Below are positions 21,566 through 31,964 of a stretch of DNA of 64,000 nt, piece after piece. The notes under the pieces are model-generated. The model saw nothing but the letters and a program-made list of their open reading frames with translations, ran no database searches and was not told where the DNA came from. The DNA comes from Corallochytrium limacisporum Hawaii (taxonomy: Eukaryota > Protista > Pluriformea). The translations under genes and the position numbers were made by a program. Location of the stretch: NCBI GenBank assembly GCA_002811645.1, contig PDIP01000003.1, positions 372,001 through 436,000 on the forward strand. Reading direction: 5' to 3'. Each line of letters starts with the position of its first letter. Position 1 is the first letter of the stretch.

Positions 21566-23797
21566 ATGTCACTGAAACCGAAGCACATAGACGTCGCTCA
21601 GTTCGAGAAGCGATGGGAGTCTATGGAAAAGGATCTCTCGTCCATTATTGAGCTCAATGGCGTGCAGAAAATCCGCTGGTTTGATGTCTACCAGGACATA
21701 TATGATCTTTGCACTGCGCACCCCAACCCCCATCAAGAACGGGTCTACAAGAAGCTAAAGAAATTTATCCAGGACCATGTCAATAATATCAGAGAAAGGA
21801 TCGATGCCCAGCAGTCTGATATTTTGTCGGTTTATCATCAGGAATGGGAACGCTTCTTGCGGGGATCCATGTACTTGGATCAGATTTTCGGTTACGTAAA
21901 CAAGCACTACGTCATGGTCAAAAAACAGGACGAAAAAGTTTCTGCATACTCGTCACAGAAGGATAATTTGATGGAATGCGGCGCACTGGCTTTGTACACG
22001 TGGAAAACTCAGCTTTTGTATGCAATCAAAGAACGGCTACTGTCGGCAACTCTGCGCTACATTGAAATGGATCGAGATGGAAAAGATGTGCCATCAACGA
22101 TGGTCCGCAGTGTGGTGTCCTCGTATGTTAAGTTGAATCGGTACCTGACAAATCATGAGTTTGATCTTTACAATGATGAGTTCGAGAGGCCATTCCTGAC
22201 GGCGACTGCGGACTACTATCGACGGGAATCCACATCGTTCATTGAAAAGCATGACATAATTAGCTACATGAAGAAGGCAGAACAGCGCTTGCATGAAGAA
22301 GATGTCCGGGCAACGAAGTTCATCGAGCCCACGTCTCATCGCAAAGTGATGAAGGTCTGCGAGACAGAGATGATCGAAGAGCATTCGGAGACCATGAGGC
22401 AAGATTTCCTTGGGATGATCAAGCGCGAGGAAAACGATAATCTGCGTCGTCTTATTGTGCTGCTAAAGCGCATTGACCACGGCATTGACCCCTTGCTGGT
22501 GGCCTTCCAACAATATGTCACTGAGATTGGTCAGCAGAAAATCCGGGGCCTGGGTGATCAGGCATATGAACCCCGCAACTACGTGGATGCTCTGCTGGAG
22601 GTGCACTCCAAATACACTGGCATGGTGGACACTGCTCTTGGTAACGATCCAGGTTTGGTTGCAGCTATTGATAAGGCCTGCAGGACAGTGATCAATGACA
22701 GTCTTGACAAGGAAAAGCCTCTGAAGTCTCCCGAGCTATTGGCCAAGTACTGCGATCAGCTGCTCCGAAAGGGATCGAAGCATGGCATGGACCACGACCA
22801 GATTGAGGAAGCCCTTGGTCAGTTAGTCAAGGTTTTCAAGTACGTAGATGATAAGGATATTTTTCAGAAGTTCTACTCAAAGCTATTGGCCAAGCGTCTC
22901 ATTGCAGGACTGTCAGTTTCAGACGAGGCTGAGGAGCGGATGATTTCGCTGCTCAAACAGGCTTGTGGCTACGAGTACACATCAAAGTTACAGCGCATGT
23001 TCACCGACATGAGCGTCAGCTCCGATGTTACAAACGAGTTCAATGACTTTGTATCGGATCAAGGCGTGCAGCTGGGATTCAATTTTTCAGTCTCTGTACT
23101 GCAAACGGGAGCATGGCCCTTAGCACAGGCCTCTGCAGCAGATTTCAAGATTCCGTCGGCATTGCAGCAATGCGTACAGCTCTTCAATGAGTTCTACAAC
23201 AAGAAGTACAATGGACGGAAGATCTCGTGGTTGCACCATCTGTCTAAGGGTGAGATCCGGGCCAACTTTGCAGCGAAACGGTACGATTTTCAGGTCACAA
23301 ACTACCAGATGGGCATTCTATTGATGTACAACGATGGGCTGTCCTACCGCAAGTCTGTAATCAGGGACACGCTACAGCTGGAAGGTAGCGAGTTGGACCG
23401 CAGCTTGACATCATTACTCGATGTCAAGCTGTTGGTGGTCGATGAGAAGGGTACAGAGGCCGACCCCATGTATAACCTCAATCTGCAATTTAACAACAAG
23501 CGCACCAAGATCAAAATCACGACTGCTCAACTAGTGGAGACCAAGAAGGAGAACAAAGCCACCCACCAGGCTGTGGAACAGGACCGTAAGCTTGCCATTC
23601 AAGCGGCCATTGTACGGATCATGAAGACTAGGAAGGAGGCCACTCACAAACAGCTTATACAGGAAGTCTCCGAACAGCTGATGTCTCGGTTCACACCGAA
23701 CATTCCAATGATAAAGAAGTGCATTGAGGACCTGATTGAGAAGGCATATCTGGAGCGCGTTGAGGATGGCCGTGACCGCTACCGCTACCTTGCTTAA
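21566..23797 (+). CDS. CUL2: Cullin-2
   Basis: CUL2-diagnostic N-terminus MSLKPK...DIYDLCTAHP, SPELLAKYCD, DKDIFQKFY, CGYEYTSKLQRMFTD, neddylation motif AAIVRIMK. Confidence 0.95.
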   Translation: MSLKPKHIDVAQFEKRWESMEKDLSSIIELNGVQKIRWFDVYQDIYDLCTAHPNPHQERVYKKLKKFIQDHVNNIRERIDAQQSDILSVYHQEWERFLRGSMYLDQIFGYVNKHYVMVKKQDEKVSAYSSQKDNLMECGALALYTWKTQLLYAIKERLLSATLRYIEMDRDGKDVPSTMVRSVVSSYVKLNRYLTNHEFDLYNDEFERPFLTATADYYRRESTSFIEKHDIISYMKKAEQRLHEEDVRATKFIEPTSHRKVMKVCETEMIEEHSETMRQDFLGMIKREENDNLRRLIVLLKRIDHGIDPLLVAFQQYVTEIGQQKIRGLGDQAYEPRNYVDALLEVHSKYTGMVDTALGNDPGLVAAIDKACRTVINDSLDKEKPLKSPELLAKYCDQLLRKGSKHGMDHDQIEEALGQLVKVFKYVDDKDIFQKFYSKLLAKRLIAGLSVSDEAEERMISLLKQACGYEYTSKLQRMFTDMSVSSDVTNEFNDFVSDQGVQLGFNFSVSVLQTGAWPLAQASAADFKIPSALQQCVQLFNEFYNKKYNGRKISWLHHLSKGEIRANFAAKRYDFQVTNYQMGILLMYNDGLSYRKSVIRDTLQLEGSELDRSLTSLLDVKLLVVDEKGTEADPMYNLNLQFNNKRTKIKITTAQLVETKKENKATHQAVEQDRKLAIQAAIVRIMKTRKEATHKQLIQEVSEQLMSRFTPNIPMIKKCIEDLIEKAYLERVEDGRDRYRYLA

Positions 23798-23900
23798 ATC
23801 CTAGAGGAGCATAGATCAAATAGAATTCCAAACAAATTCATACATTAAAGAGTGTCTCCTTCTAAACGTGCTATATTGGCAATTAAAACTACAAATTTCT

Positions 23901-24239
23901 TCAGCGCTTCATATCGTTGATATCCATGAGGCCAGCTCCAGTATCTTTCGCGTCCTTTTCGGCCATGTCTTCGCGGTATCCCGCCAGCATTTCCTTCATG
24001 GCGTCGTCATTACCGTAGTATATATCCTGTGGCTTAAACCGCGTGTGCGTTCCAATGCAGCACAGTGCGGCAATGATTGCAATTACAGCAAATACGCTTA
24101 CAAACATCATGAGGTAAAGCATACTGTCTGTGTTCGTGTCCAGCACTGTTTCTGTTGAGGGTTCAGCTACCGTGGTATTATTCTGTGCATGCACTATGCT
24201 GGCAAGGGCTACTTGCGACAAAATAGCCCAATGTTTCAT
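23901..24239 (-). CDS. Small type-I membrane protein of unknown function
   Basis: Signal peptide (MKHWAILSQVALASIVHA), N-glycosylation sequon, S/T-rich stalk, TM helix, juxtamembrane CC, short cytosolic tail. Confidence 0.65.
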   Translation of the reverse strand: MKHWAILSQVALASIVHAQNNTTVAEPSTETVLDTNTDSMLYLMMFVSVFAVIAIIAALCCIGTHTRFKPQDIYYGNDDAMKEMLAGYREDMAEKDAKDTGAGLMDINDMKR

Positions 24240-25179
24240 ATTTACTTGAGTGTTTTCCAACCGTGTGTTCATGTATGTGTATATGGATTTAGTGCTCTCG
24301 AATTGTATGTATGCCTAATATTTAAGGATTCCAAAACATTAATTTAGTTTCATACCTATTTAAAAACCCAAAAAAAATGAAAATTAACACTGACTAAGTT
24401 CCTTGGTCTGCTCGAATTGATAATTAGCTGTCTAACTACCTGCATTCGCAATAGCTACCCGAGTCCCCAATGCCGTCCCAGCTCAAACTGCCAGCGCGAC
24501 CAGCCCCGACGTAGAGTACACCGCCTCCTTCTTTTTCCAGGCGGGCTAAGGAACGGGGTTCAAAAAAGGTTAAGCGCTGTTGCCCAGGAGAAGAAAAAAG
24601 TGTGGAAGCAAAAAAGACCTCGCTGTTCGCTACTCGGACTATGGCTGCACTGAGGACCCCGGAACCCGTCGGTGGTGATTTTTTGCCGTGGGTTCTCGTT
24701 AAGAAGGGGCAAAAACATTCCGTACCGCTGCCTTCCGCTCCATAGTACATGTATGGCCGACTGTTCCATCTCTTTATATGGTTTCCCACATAAAGAAAAA
24801 TTCTTATCAAAGATCACCTATTATACATCCGGGGTAGATGTGAATAAGGGGCATACCCATTTATTGATTAGATAAATGGACAATTGGCTGGAGCAAAGTG
24901 GGAAGGGGTCTCAATTCGGATTCCTGAAGCCATTGCGAGTTCGCAAGGGGTGAAGGGAGTATGGTGCTCAAGGGGGCAGTGAGCTCGGGGCAGGGATCTC
25001 GACGGGACGAACGATTGTGCGCACTCATCGCAGGGGCAGTTTCACCGGAGTGCTGACTCTTGCAGATCAGCAGGTATTTAGATCATGGTAAGTATCATTT
25101 GGACAGATTCGAGAGGCCCTGCGGTCAAGCGTGGTCTCGTGAAGTTGCTCTCAGTCTCAGGGAATGTTCAACTGCCGAG

Positions 25180-26035
25180 ATGACGGCTCATGCAGTGGAG
25201 GCTTCTCCTCCGGGCCGGAGAAAGACTGTTGCGGAGGTATATGCTGATGCCCAAAAGATCGCAACTGATCTCGGATTGAACTTCTCTCATGTGGGTGTGC
25301 TGCTTCATTCCGATGTGATGAAAATCCATGCTATCGTTCACGACTACGATCATGAACAAGAGGAGCGCCATCGTATCCAACAACAGGCCATCCACGCCTA
25401 CGAGGCTAAATGCAATAAGGGAAGGCATCAGGGCAGAAGAGAAAGAATTTGCGAAATACGCTACGTCTCTCATTGATCAGTATAAAGCGGTTGGTGCCAA
25501 CACGTTCCACATGGAGTACAACTTGGAGGAGACGTTGTCCCATACAAAGAAGGAGGACGCCCTGAACCCAAAACTTCGGAGTGCAACTTTTGCTCGCTTA
25601 GGATTTGTGCAGGATGTGTCCCCTGATATTGAATATGATGGTCCCACTGGTCCCGAGATTTACCAACCTGAGAGTGACGAGGAGCTGAAAGAAGAAGGAC
25701 GCCAGCTCGCTGAATCTTGGAATGTTCCCAGCAAAGAGCACCTAAGAGCCGCACGGGCTGCCGCAGAGGCCAAGGTGGATGATGTTCCTGGAAACGAGTG
25801 CGCCATTGACGAAACCCCCATTGCGGAGGACTACGAAGGCACCGAGATAGCGGTGTCTGCCACAGGTGCAGAGGGGGTAAAACCTCAGGTATCACCTGCA
25901 CCTGATGAAGAGATTTATCATGCCGAGGAGCATGTTACAGTCGCCGAAAATGATCCGCCTTCTGAGGAAAGCTCTCTAGTTGTCGATGAACATGTAGCGT
26001 CTGAAGGTGGAGCGCTGCTACCTGCCACAAACTAA
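25180..26035 (+). pseudogene. CFAP210: CFAP210/CCDC173-like axonemal microtubule inner protein, internally deleted and frameshifted
   Basis: Frame 1 (to 25476) has GRRK...LNFSHVGVLLHSDVMKIHAIV, resembling the CFAP210 N-terminus. The +1 frame (25328-26035) has AEEKEFAKYATSLID...ATFARLGFV, resembling the CFAP210 C-terminus (EKEFEKYAREVIE...RRLGF). The central coiled coil is absent. Start uncertain (GTAAGT donor at 25088). Confidence 0.55.
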
Positions 26036-27314
26036 ATCAGGCAAACCATATGAGAATAATACAAGCAAAGAGTAATGCAACACTTCCATCATCTACCCGA
26101 TACTACAGCTGGCTGAAGAATCCAATTCAAACTATTACGAAAGCCACCTTCCATCCGAAACGGTTTTACGATCACGGAGATCTTCTCAGGGTTGCTCGTC
26201 GCGCTTCCCTCCCCACCGCCCCTGACCAACATTGCGGAACCGCTTGGCAACTGGGACTCCCTCCCTCCAGGCCCTCCCTCTCCCTCTCTCCTTGCCACCT
26301 GTTTCCTGCCGTGCCCAGTCGAAAACTCCCCCGTGGTCTAGTAGGTCCAAATATACTGATCAAATCAAAGAATCAAGTTACACCAATCAGCAACCGCTAA
26401 AATTACGGTCACCATTGCGCAGAGAGAGTCGAGCAGCTGCTTCGCCCACCCACGGATTGGGCGGCGCCAGTATCCCTCTTCCTGTGGTGGTGGCGGACGT
26501 TATCTCCGACTTTATATAGTTAATATACGGTACTTATTGTCGACATTTGGAGTGATGTGTGCGTCTTTGTGTGCAGCACTGACAGTGCTCCGTGATGGTG
26601 AGGTTCCGGACTTTCCTTTCATCATCCCCCGAACTGGACCCGACCGAACCGCTCTTTGTGGTGCCATCTCTTAGGAAGCGGGCGCTGATAGCAAAAGAAA
26701 AAAAGTCAACAAAAGTAAGAAAAGAAAACACAATTGGAAAATCCGGTAGTTTTTTTCCAGTACTGTTAGAACCTGTGCGATGAGACTTTCTGGTGACCCC
26801 ATCTATCACACGCACGCCGCGCCGCTGCGCTTTCCCCCTCCCCCACCCCCCAACCTTCCCCCGTTCGGCGATTTTTTCTACTTATGTGCTCACACTGCCG
26901 ATGGTTGTGTGACTTGTGCACTGTGAAGATAGTTATCGTTCGATGTCCATATAAAATATATAGAAAATAGGCGATCAGGAGAGGGAAGGAGGTATGAGAA
27001 CAAAACTGGCGTGTGCTTCGTCACGAAAGTGGTGGCCCTGGCCGGGAGAACTGGCGAGGGCTGTCGTGTGTCCGGCCGGTTGCCCTGCGGAGGGGAGGGA
27101 GTCGGTGCCTGCCCTTTTGGGGGAAGGAGAAAGGCGCGCCTTGGTCCCGCGCTTGAGTGGAAAGCTGTTCGGTTTTCATACCACTGTCTGTACAAGTTGA
27201 TGTGCCGGCTATATAAGACGGTTAGGATGCTCAACAGTGCGATAGTTTAGTCTACTGGCCAATATGTATATATATATATATATGAAAATCCCAAGTCATA
27301 CACAAAAGGAAATA

Positions 27315-28130
27315 ATGTCGGTGGCAGACATCACACTAGCCACTGTCGGGTGGATATACTTTGTGCTTTGGAGCATAAGCTTCTATCCACAAGTATATCT
27401 CAATTACACAAGAAAGAGTGTTCAGGGTCTTAGTTTGGACTTTGTCGTGTTGAATATTCTCGGATTCGCAGCATACACCTATTATAACATCGAGTTGAGG
27501 TATGACCCGACCGCACTGAAAGAGTATCATAGAGTTCACGGGCCGGGGCCTGCAGTCGAACTCAACGATGTGGTCTTTGCGGTACATGCACTGATCATGT
27601 CCGCTATTACATTGGGCCAGAGCTATGTCTATGAACGTGAAGAGGGACAGAAGACAGCAACTTGGGCAAAGGTCTTTGTTGTGGTATCGATTGTATACGC
27701 CGGGGCAGCGCGGGCCTTTACCGAACTCCGGTACATTAGCATTCTAGACTACCTCTACCTGGTGAGCCTGATCAAGATGGCAGTTACCATGACAAAGTAT
27801 GTACCGCAGGCGATGCTCAATCATCAGCGCAAATCAACCGATGGGTGGTCCATTCACAACGTTTTGCTGGACCTAGGTGGTGGCGTCTTTAGCTTCCTTC
27901 AAATGTTCCTCACTGGTTTCTTCTTTGGAGAATGGTCTCAGTTCACAGGCAACCCGATCAAGTTGGGTCTGAGTTTGTTCAGTGTTGGATTTGATATCTT
28001 CTTCATGCTGCAACACTACATCTGGTACCGTGACGTGCGAAGCAAGGATGAGGTCAAGCCTCTACTTGATGCTGAAAGTGGAGAGACGAGCAGGGCAACA
28101 GTTCTGACTTCGGATGATGAAATGGCATAA
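27315..28130 (+). CDS. CTNS: Cystinosin (PQ-loop lysosomal cystine transporter), without the luminal N-terminal domain
   Basis: GWIYFVLWSISFYPQ, RKSVQGLSLDF, KYVPQA, GWSIHNVLLDLGGG, GNPIKLGL. Acidic dileucine-like tail (DEVKPLL). Confidence 0.93.
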   Translation: MSVADITLATVGWIYFVLWSISFYPQVYLNYTRKSVQGLSLDFVVLNILGFAAYTYYNIELRYDPTALKEYHRVHGPGPAVELNDVVFAVHALIMSAITLGQSYVYEREEGQKTATWAKVFVVVSIVYAGAARAFTELRYISILDYLYLVSLIKMAVTMTKYVPQAMLNHQRKSTDGWSIHNVLLDLGGGVFSFLQMFLTGFFFGEWSQFTGNPIKLGLSLFSVGFDIFFMLQHYIWYRDVRSKDEVKPLLDAESGETSRATVLTSDDEMA

Positions 28131-28151
28131 GGCTTTTTAATTTCTTAAGCT

Positions 28152-30056
28152 TTACCAGATGTGTAAATCAGGAGCAAAGTGCTGACGGATGCGATCCATT
28201 TCCATCTCATGTTCCCATGCCACATACCCGTCACGAATGATGACGAGGTCGTCATCAGAGTCATTAGAGGTCGGCCACCAATTCGCAGAACCGGTAACAG
28301 TCACATAACCATCAATCACGGCAAATTTCTCATGGATTGCTGCACAGTTGTCACTGTGCCACATGGTCTTGATTTTGACCATCCGAATTCCGTGTTGGTT
28401 CAATCCCCAATGCGAGTGGTCAGCCGGAATCAGGCGGGTCTTATACTGGCCACCGTCATGAGTATTCTTTTCCAGGAAGATCGTTACCTTTACGCCACGC
28501 TGGGCGGCAGCCAGAAGATCACGAAACAGGTCGGACTCTACACCATTCTCCCAAAATATCATAGGTCTTAAAACGAACATGGTTATGTTGATCCGATGTT
28601 GGGCCTTCTGCACCTCTGAGCAAATGGCTTTTGTAGCATTTCTGTGTAGTAAGAATGAAGAACAGGAATCAGTTAGCATGTCAGTTCAAACGTAGTTATA
28701 CCATAGTTAAGGTTCCCATGTCGAACCCCGTAATAGAGATATTAAAAGTCATACTTACTGCCAGTGCGTGTAAATAACATCCACCTTATTATGTGGGTTG
28801 GGATGGGGCAATTGGAGAGGTGGATTGCCTCGGATGCATTCAAACATGGCAAGATACACTCTTGCAACATCATGATGCTCAACCACAATCAAGTTCTCGT
28901 GGTTTACTTCAAACGCTCTCCTTTCCCAGTTGCAGGAGCCGGTCAGTGTCGTGTGGCCGTCGATAACAGCAAATTTGGTGTGCATGGATGCGTGCTCAAT
29001 CTCTGGACGGATCACGGCAGTGTAGGCAACTCCGTTCAGCATGAGCCTCTTGAAGCCTTCGTTATAAAAGTACTCTCTGTTCAGCACCTTCTCCGAGGTG
29101 ATGAGATGGATTTTGACACCACGATTCTTTGCGTGAAGTAGACAATCGACCACCCCAGAATCATTGATGTTATAGATGGCGGCATGAATTGTGTGTTTCG
29201 CGCTGTTGATCAAGTTGCATATCTCAGTACGGACGTTGTTATTGCGAGTAAAGTACACCCGGACCGGCGTGTCGTGGTTCACATGAATGCCGTGAATGGT
29301 CTCTCCACGCCACCGCTCAATATGCCCGGAATGTTGGAATCCAATGACACCAACATGGTTGTTGTCCCGATTAAAGAGTTCCCATCTGCAGCGCGACGGC
29401 CCGAAGAGACCAAACGGTTTTCCGTTGGAGTCATCCTCTGCCATCATCAAATGTGCCACAACTCGAGTAACCTGGCCGACATGCCAAAAATTGTCATTGA
29501 ATTGGAATTTGACATGGTGCGTCTCATATCGTTCATGTGCCCTATGCATAACATACTGATGGTGTTCCCAAACCCGATGGCCTCCAGTGGTGGTGTGCTC
29601 GATATCCAGCACTAGGTTAATAGTTTTGTGATGGCTCTGATACTCCCGATTTGATGGATACATCCAAATCTGGGCGGTGCAGACATCGTGGTATGTGGTA
29701 CTGTGGACGTCTTTGATACGGTTCCCATGCGGATCAGCAAGTCTGAAGTCTAGTAGACAGGGAACTGTTTGCCTCCAATCGTGTTGAAGGTATGTTTGGC
29801 AATCGTGTGTGACATGAAAGTGATGGTCCGGACCATCCTCGAAGAAGTAGTGATTGCTACCATCGTTGGGATTCATTTGCAAGAACTTATACACCATGTC
29901 AGTTCCCTCGTTCCACCACAGAGATCCTTCCCATTTGAACTTACCATGATCTTGCCTGCACTGAAGTCGGAGGAGCTCTCGTCCATGGATGAATACATAG
30001 ACCTCGCAACCAGGCTGGGCCCAGCAGTCACAGCACAATGTTAACTGCTTTCCCAT
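28152..30056 (-). CDS. Two-HKD phospholipase D/nuclease-superfamily protein with CBM20-like, His-rich N-terminus; 2 exons (30056-28759, 28641-28152)
   Basis: HTKFAVIDGHTTLTGSCNW and HEKFAVIDGYVTVTGSANW. The two ORFs join in frame (HW-Q-NATKAIC) by removing intron 28642-28758 (GTAAGT...GCTAAC...ACAG). Confidence 0.88.
28642..28758 (-). other. Spliceosomal intron (117 nt) in the PLD-family gene
   Basis: GTAAGT donor, GCTAAC branch site, CAG acceptor. Splicing removes the stop and restores the frame. Confidence 0.9.
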
Positions 30057-31964
30057 ATTTCTAGACTGGCACATTTCACAAGATTCGATGTTATAAACTA
30101 GTATCAAACGAACTCAACATGGCCAGAAACTGCTGTCTAGACCAACTACAGGGAAGACGATGAAAGAATCTATTTACCGGACAGGTAGCCGAACGTAGAC
30201 CGCATGCATTCCGGAATCATCACGTGCACTGCAGCTTCCCATCTGAAATACATGTGCAAAGACTGTCGGATCTCATTACGTAAGTGCTCATTCAAGTGGA
30301 CGAAAGGATAAGAACAGCCACTCCGCTACGTGAGACCCGTTCATAGTGAGAGGGAGAAAATGGTACAAAGTGGTACTCCTCAACGTAGATCAATGAAATA
30401 TACGAATATTCCTCCTGATTCAATCAGAGGCAGAGAATTGCCGCTCTCTCCTTGTCAACTCGGGATGAGAAAGTGGGAAACTTACCGAGAGCCCACGAAA
30501 ATTTGCTGTGGATACCACACAGAGGATAGGGACCCAACGCATGAACAATAAATGTGCAGCAGCTGGAGGATTCATCAGGTTCGAAAAACCTGATCCGCAC
30601 TCTCATTCACCTGTACGATGTTTCTATCCGTTGTGCACATCCCAGTGCCTCTGGTTTCGAAAAACTGTACAGTAATTCTATATGAAGCCGATACCCACTT
30701 TGAAGCAAAGAGCAGCTGCAACAGCCTTAGGTAGTACAGTATGGGAACGGCCCATTCCATTGGTCGCAAAATCAGAAACAAATCAACAGGTGAGCACACC
30801 CTTCCTGAGTACTGGGACTGCTGTGCTTGATGATGCTGGTGCTGTGATTTGTTCTTTTTGTTTTCTCTTCATGCACAATGTGTGAAGCGGGTACCCGAAT
30901 GTGCACACTAATGGAAACATGGCTGGACGTATATACACTCTCTCATGGGCGGGGAAGGGTTTTGCTCGGGCGCTCCCCATAGCCCCGATAGTGCAACCGT
31001 GGAATGGGGCGCCACTATCTCCGCAGTTTTTATCATTCTGGAACGCTGTGTGTCTGTTATTGTTCCCTTCTGTCCCTGTTATCGCGCCTTACACCATCTC
31101 TATAATTGAACAAGTCAGTACAAAGAGCCCGGAGAGGGCCCAGCGAACACAAAATGTACATACCAAAAATCGCCAAACAAGGTAGCAGGAAAATTGTTCT
31201 TTCGTCCGGGCTTGCGGCACTTGACAGCTTTTGACGTCGTGATCTGGGTACCCACCGGATAGCAGATACGCACATCACGGACCAGGTAGTAGAGTCTCCG
31301 CATCAGCCGTGCCCAAGGTGTCTCGAATGGCACCATCGCTCGGGCCCTCTAGATCTTTACGCATATTACGCAGTACAGAAAATAGGTGGATCGTTCGCAC
31401 ACTAGATGGTTCACGAAATGATCAATTGTTGAAGACTTGTTTTGATTTTTCAACCACTCACTAGCCCCCCCCCCCCCCCCGCCCCCCGGGGCCCCCGGGG
31501 GGCTACAATTTCTTATAGGCTGAGTACTGCAAAGAGGTGCATGTGTGCATAATAGGAGGCAGGAATCGGCGAAGATGTGGGCTGCTGCAGGGGCGCCCCA
31601 CCCAACTTCTGCCGCGGGGGACAGAATTTTTTTTGGTGGCGAAACACCGGGCATTCCTTCACCGCTAACGGGGATCGGCGGCATCAGTCACCCAATTGCC
31701 TAAGAATAGTAGTTCCACTGGTTATGGTTTAGGCGGATAGACCGCCTCGACTGCTCGGTTTGGTGCGTTTGCTGGAGTTGTTGCAACGAAAGGGTTGGTT
31801 ATTTGAATGACTCAGCAGGAAGACACATTACTATGTGCGGACATCATTGAACTGTGTTCCTAACAAGCTTCTTCCTCCACAAAAACACGAGAGTGAGCAT
31901 GCAGTAAGAAATTCAAATTGAATCTTTGGTTGCGAGCACGAGTACAGAATAACACTACAACAGA

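Noticed and set aside
24579-24592. RFX X-box-like GTTGCCCAGGAGAA upstream of the CFAP210-like gene
   Set aside because: Imperfect match. Similar motifs occur beside non-ciliary genes (about 45649 and 54568), and none is evident upstream of TMEM231.
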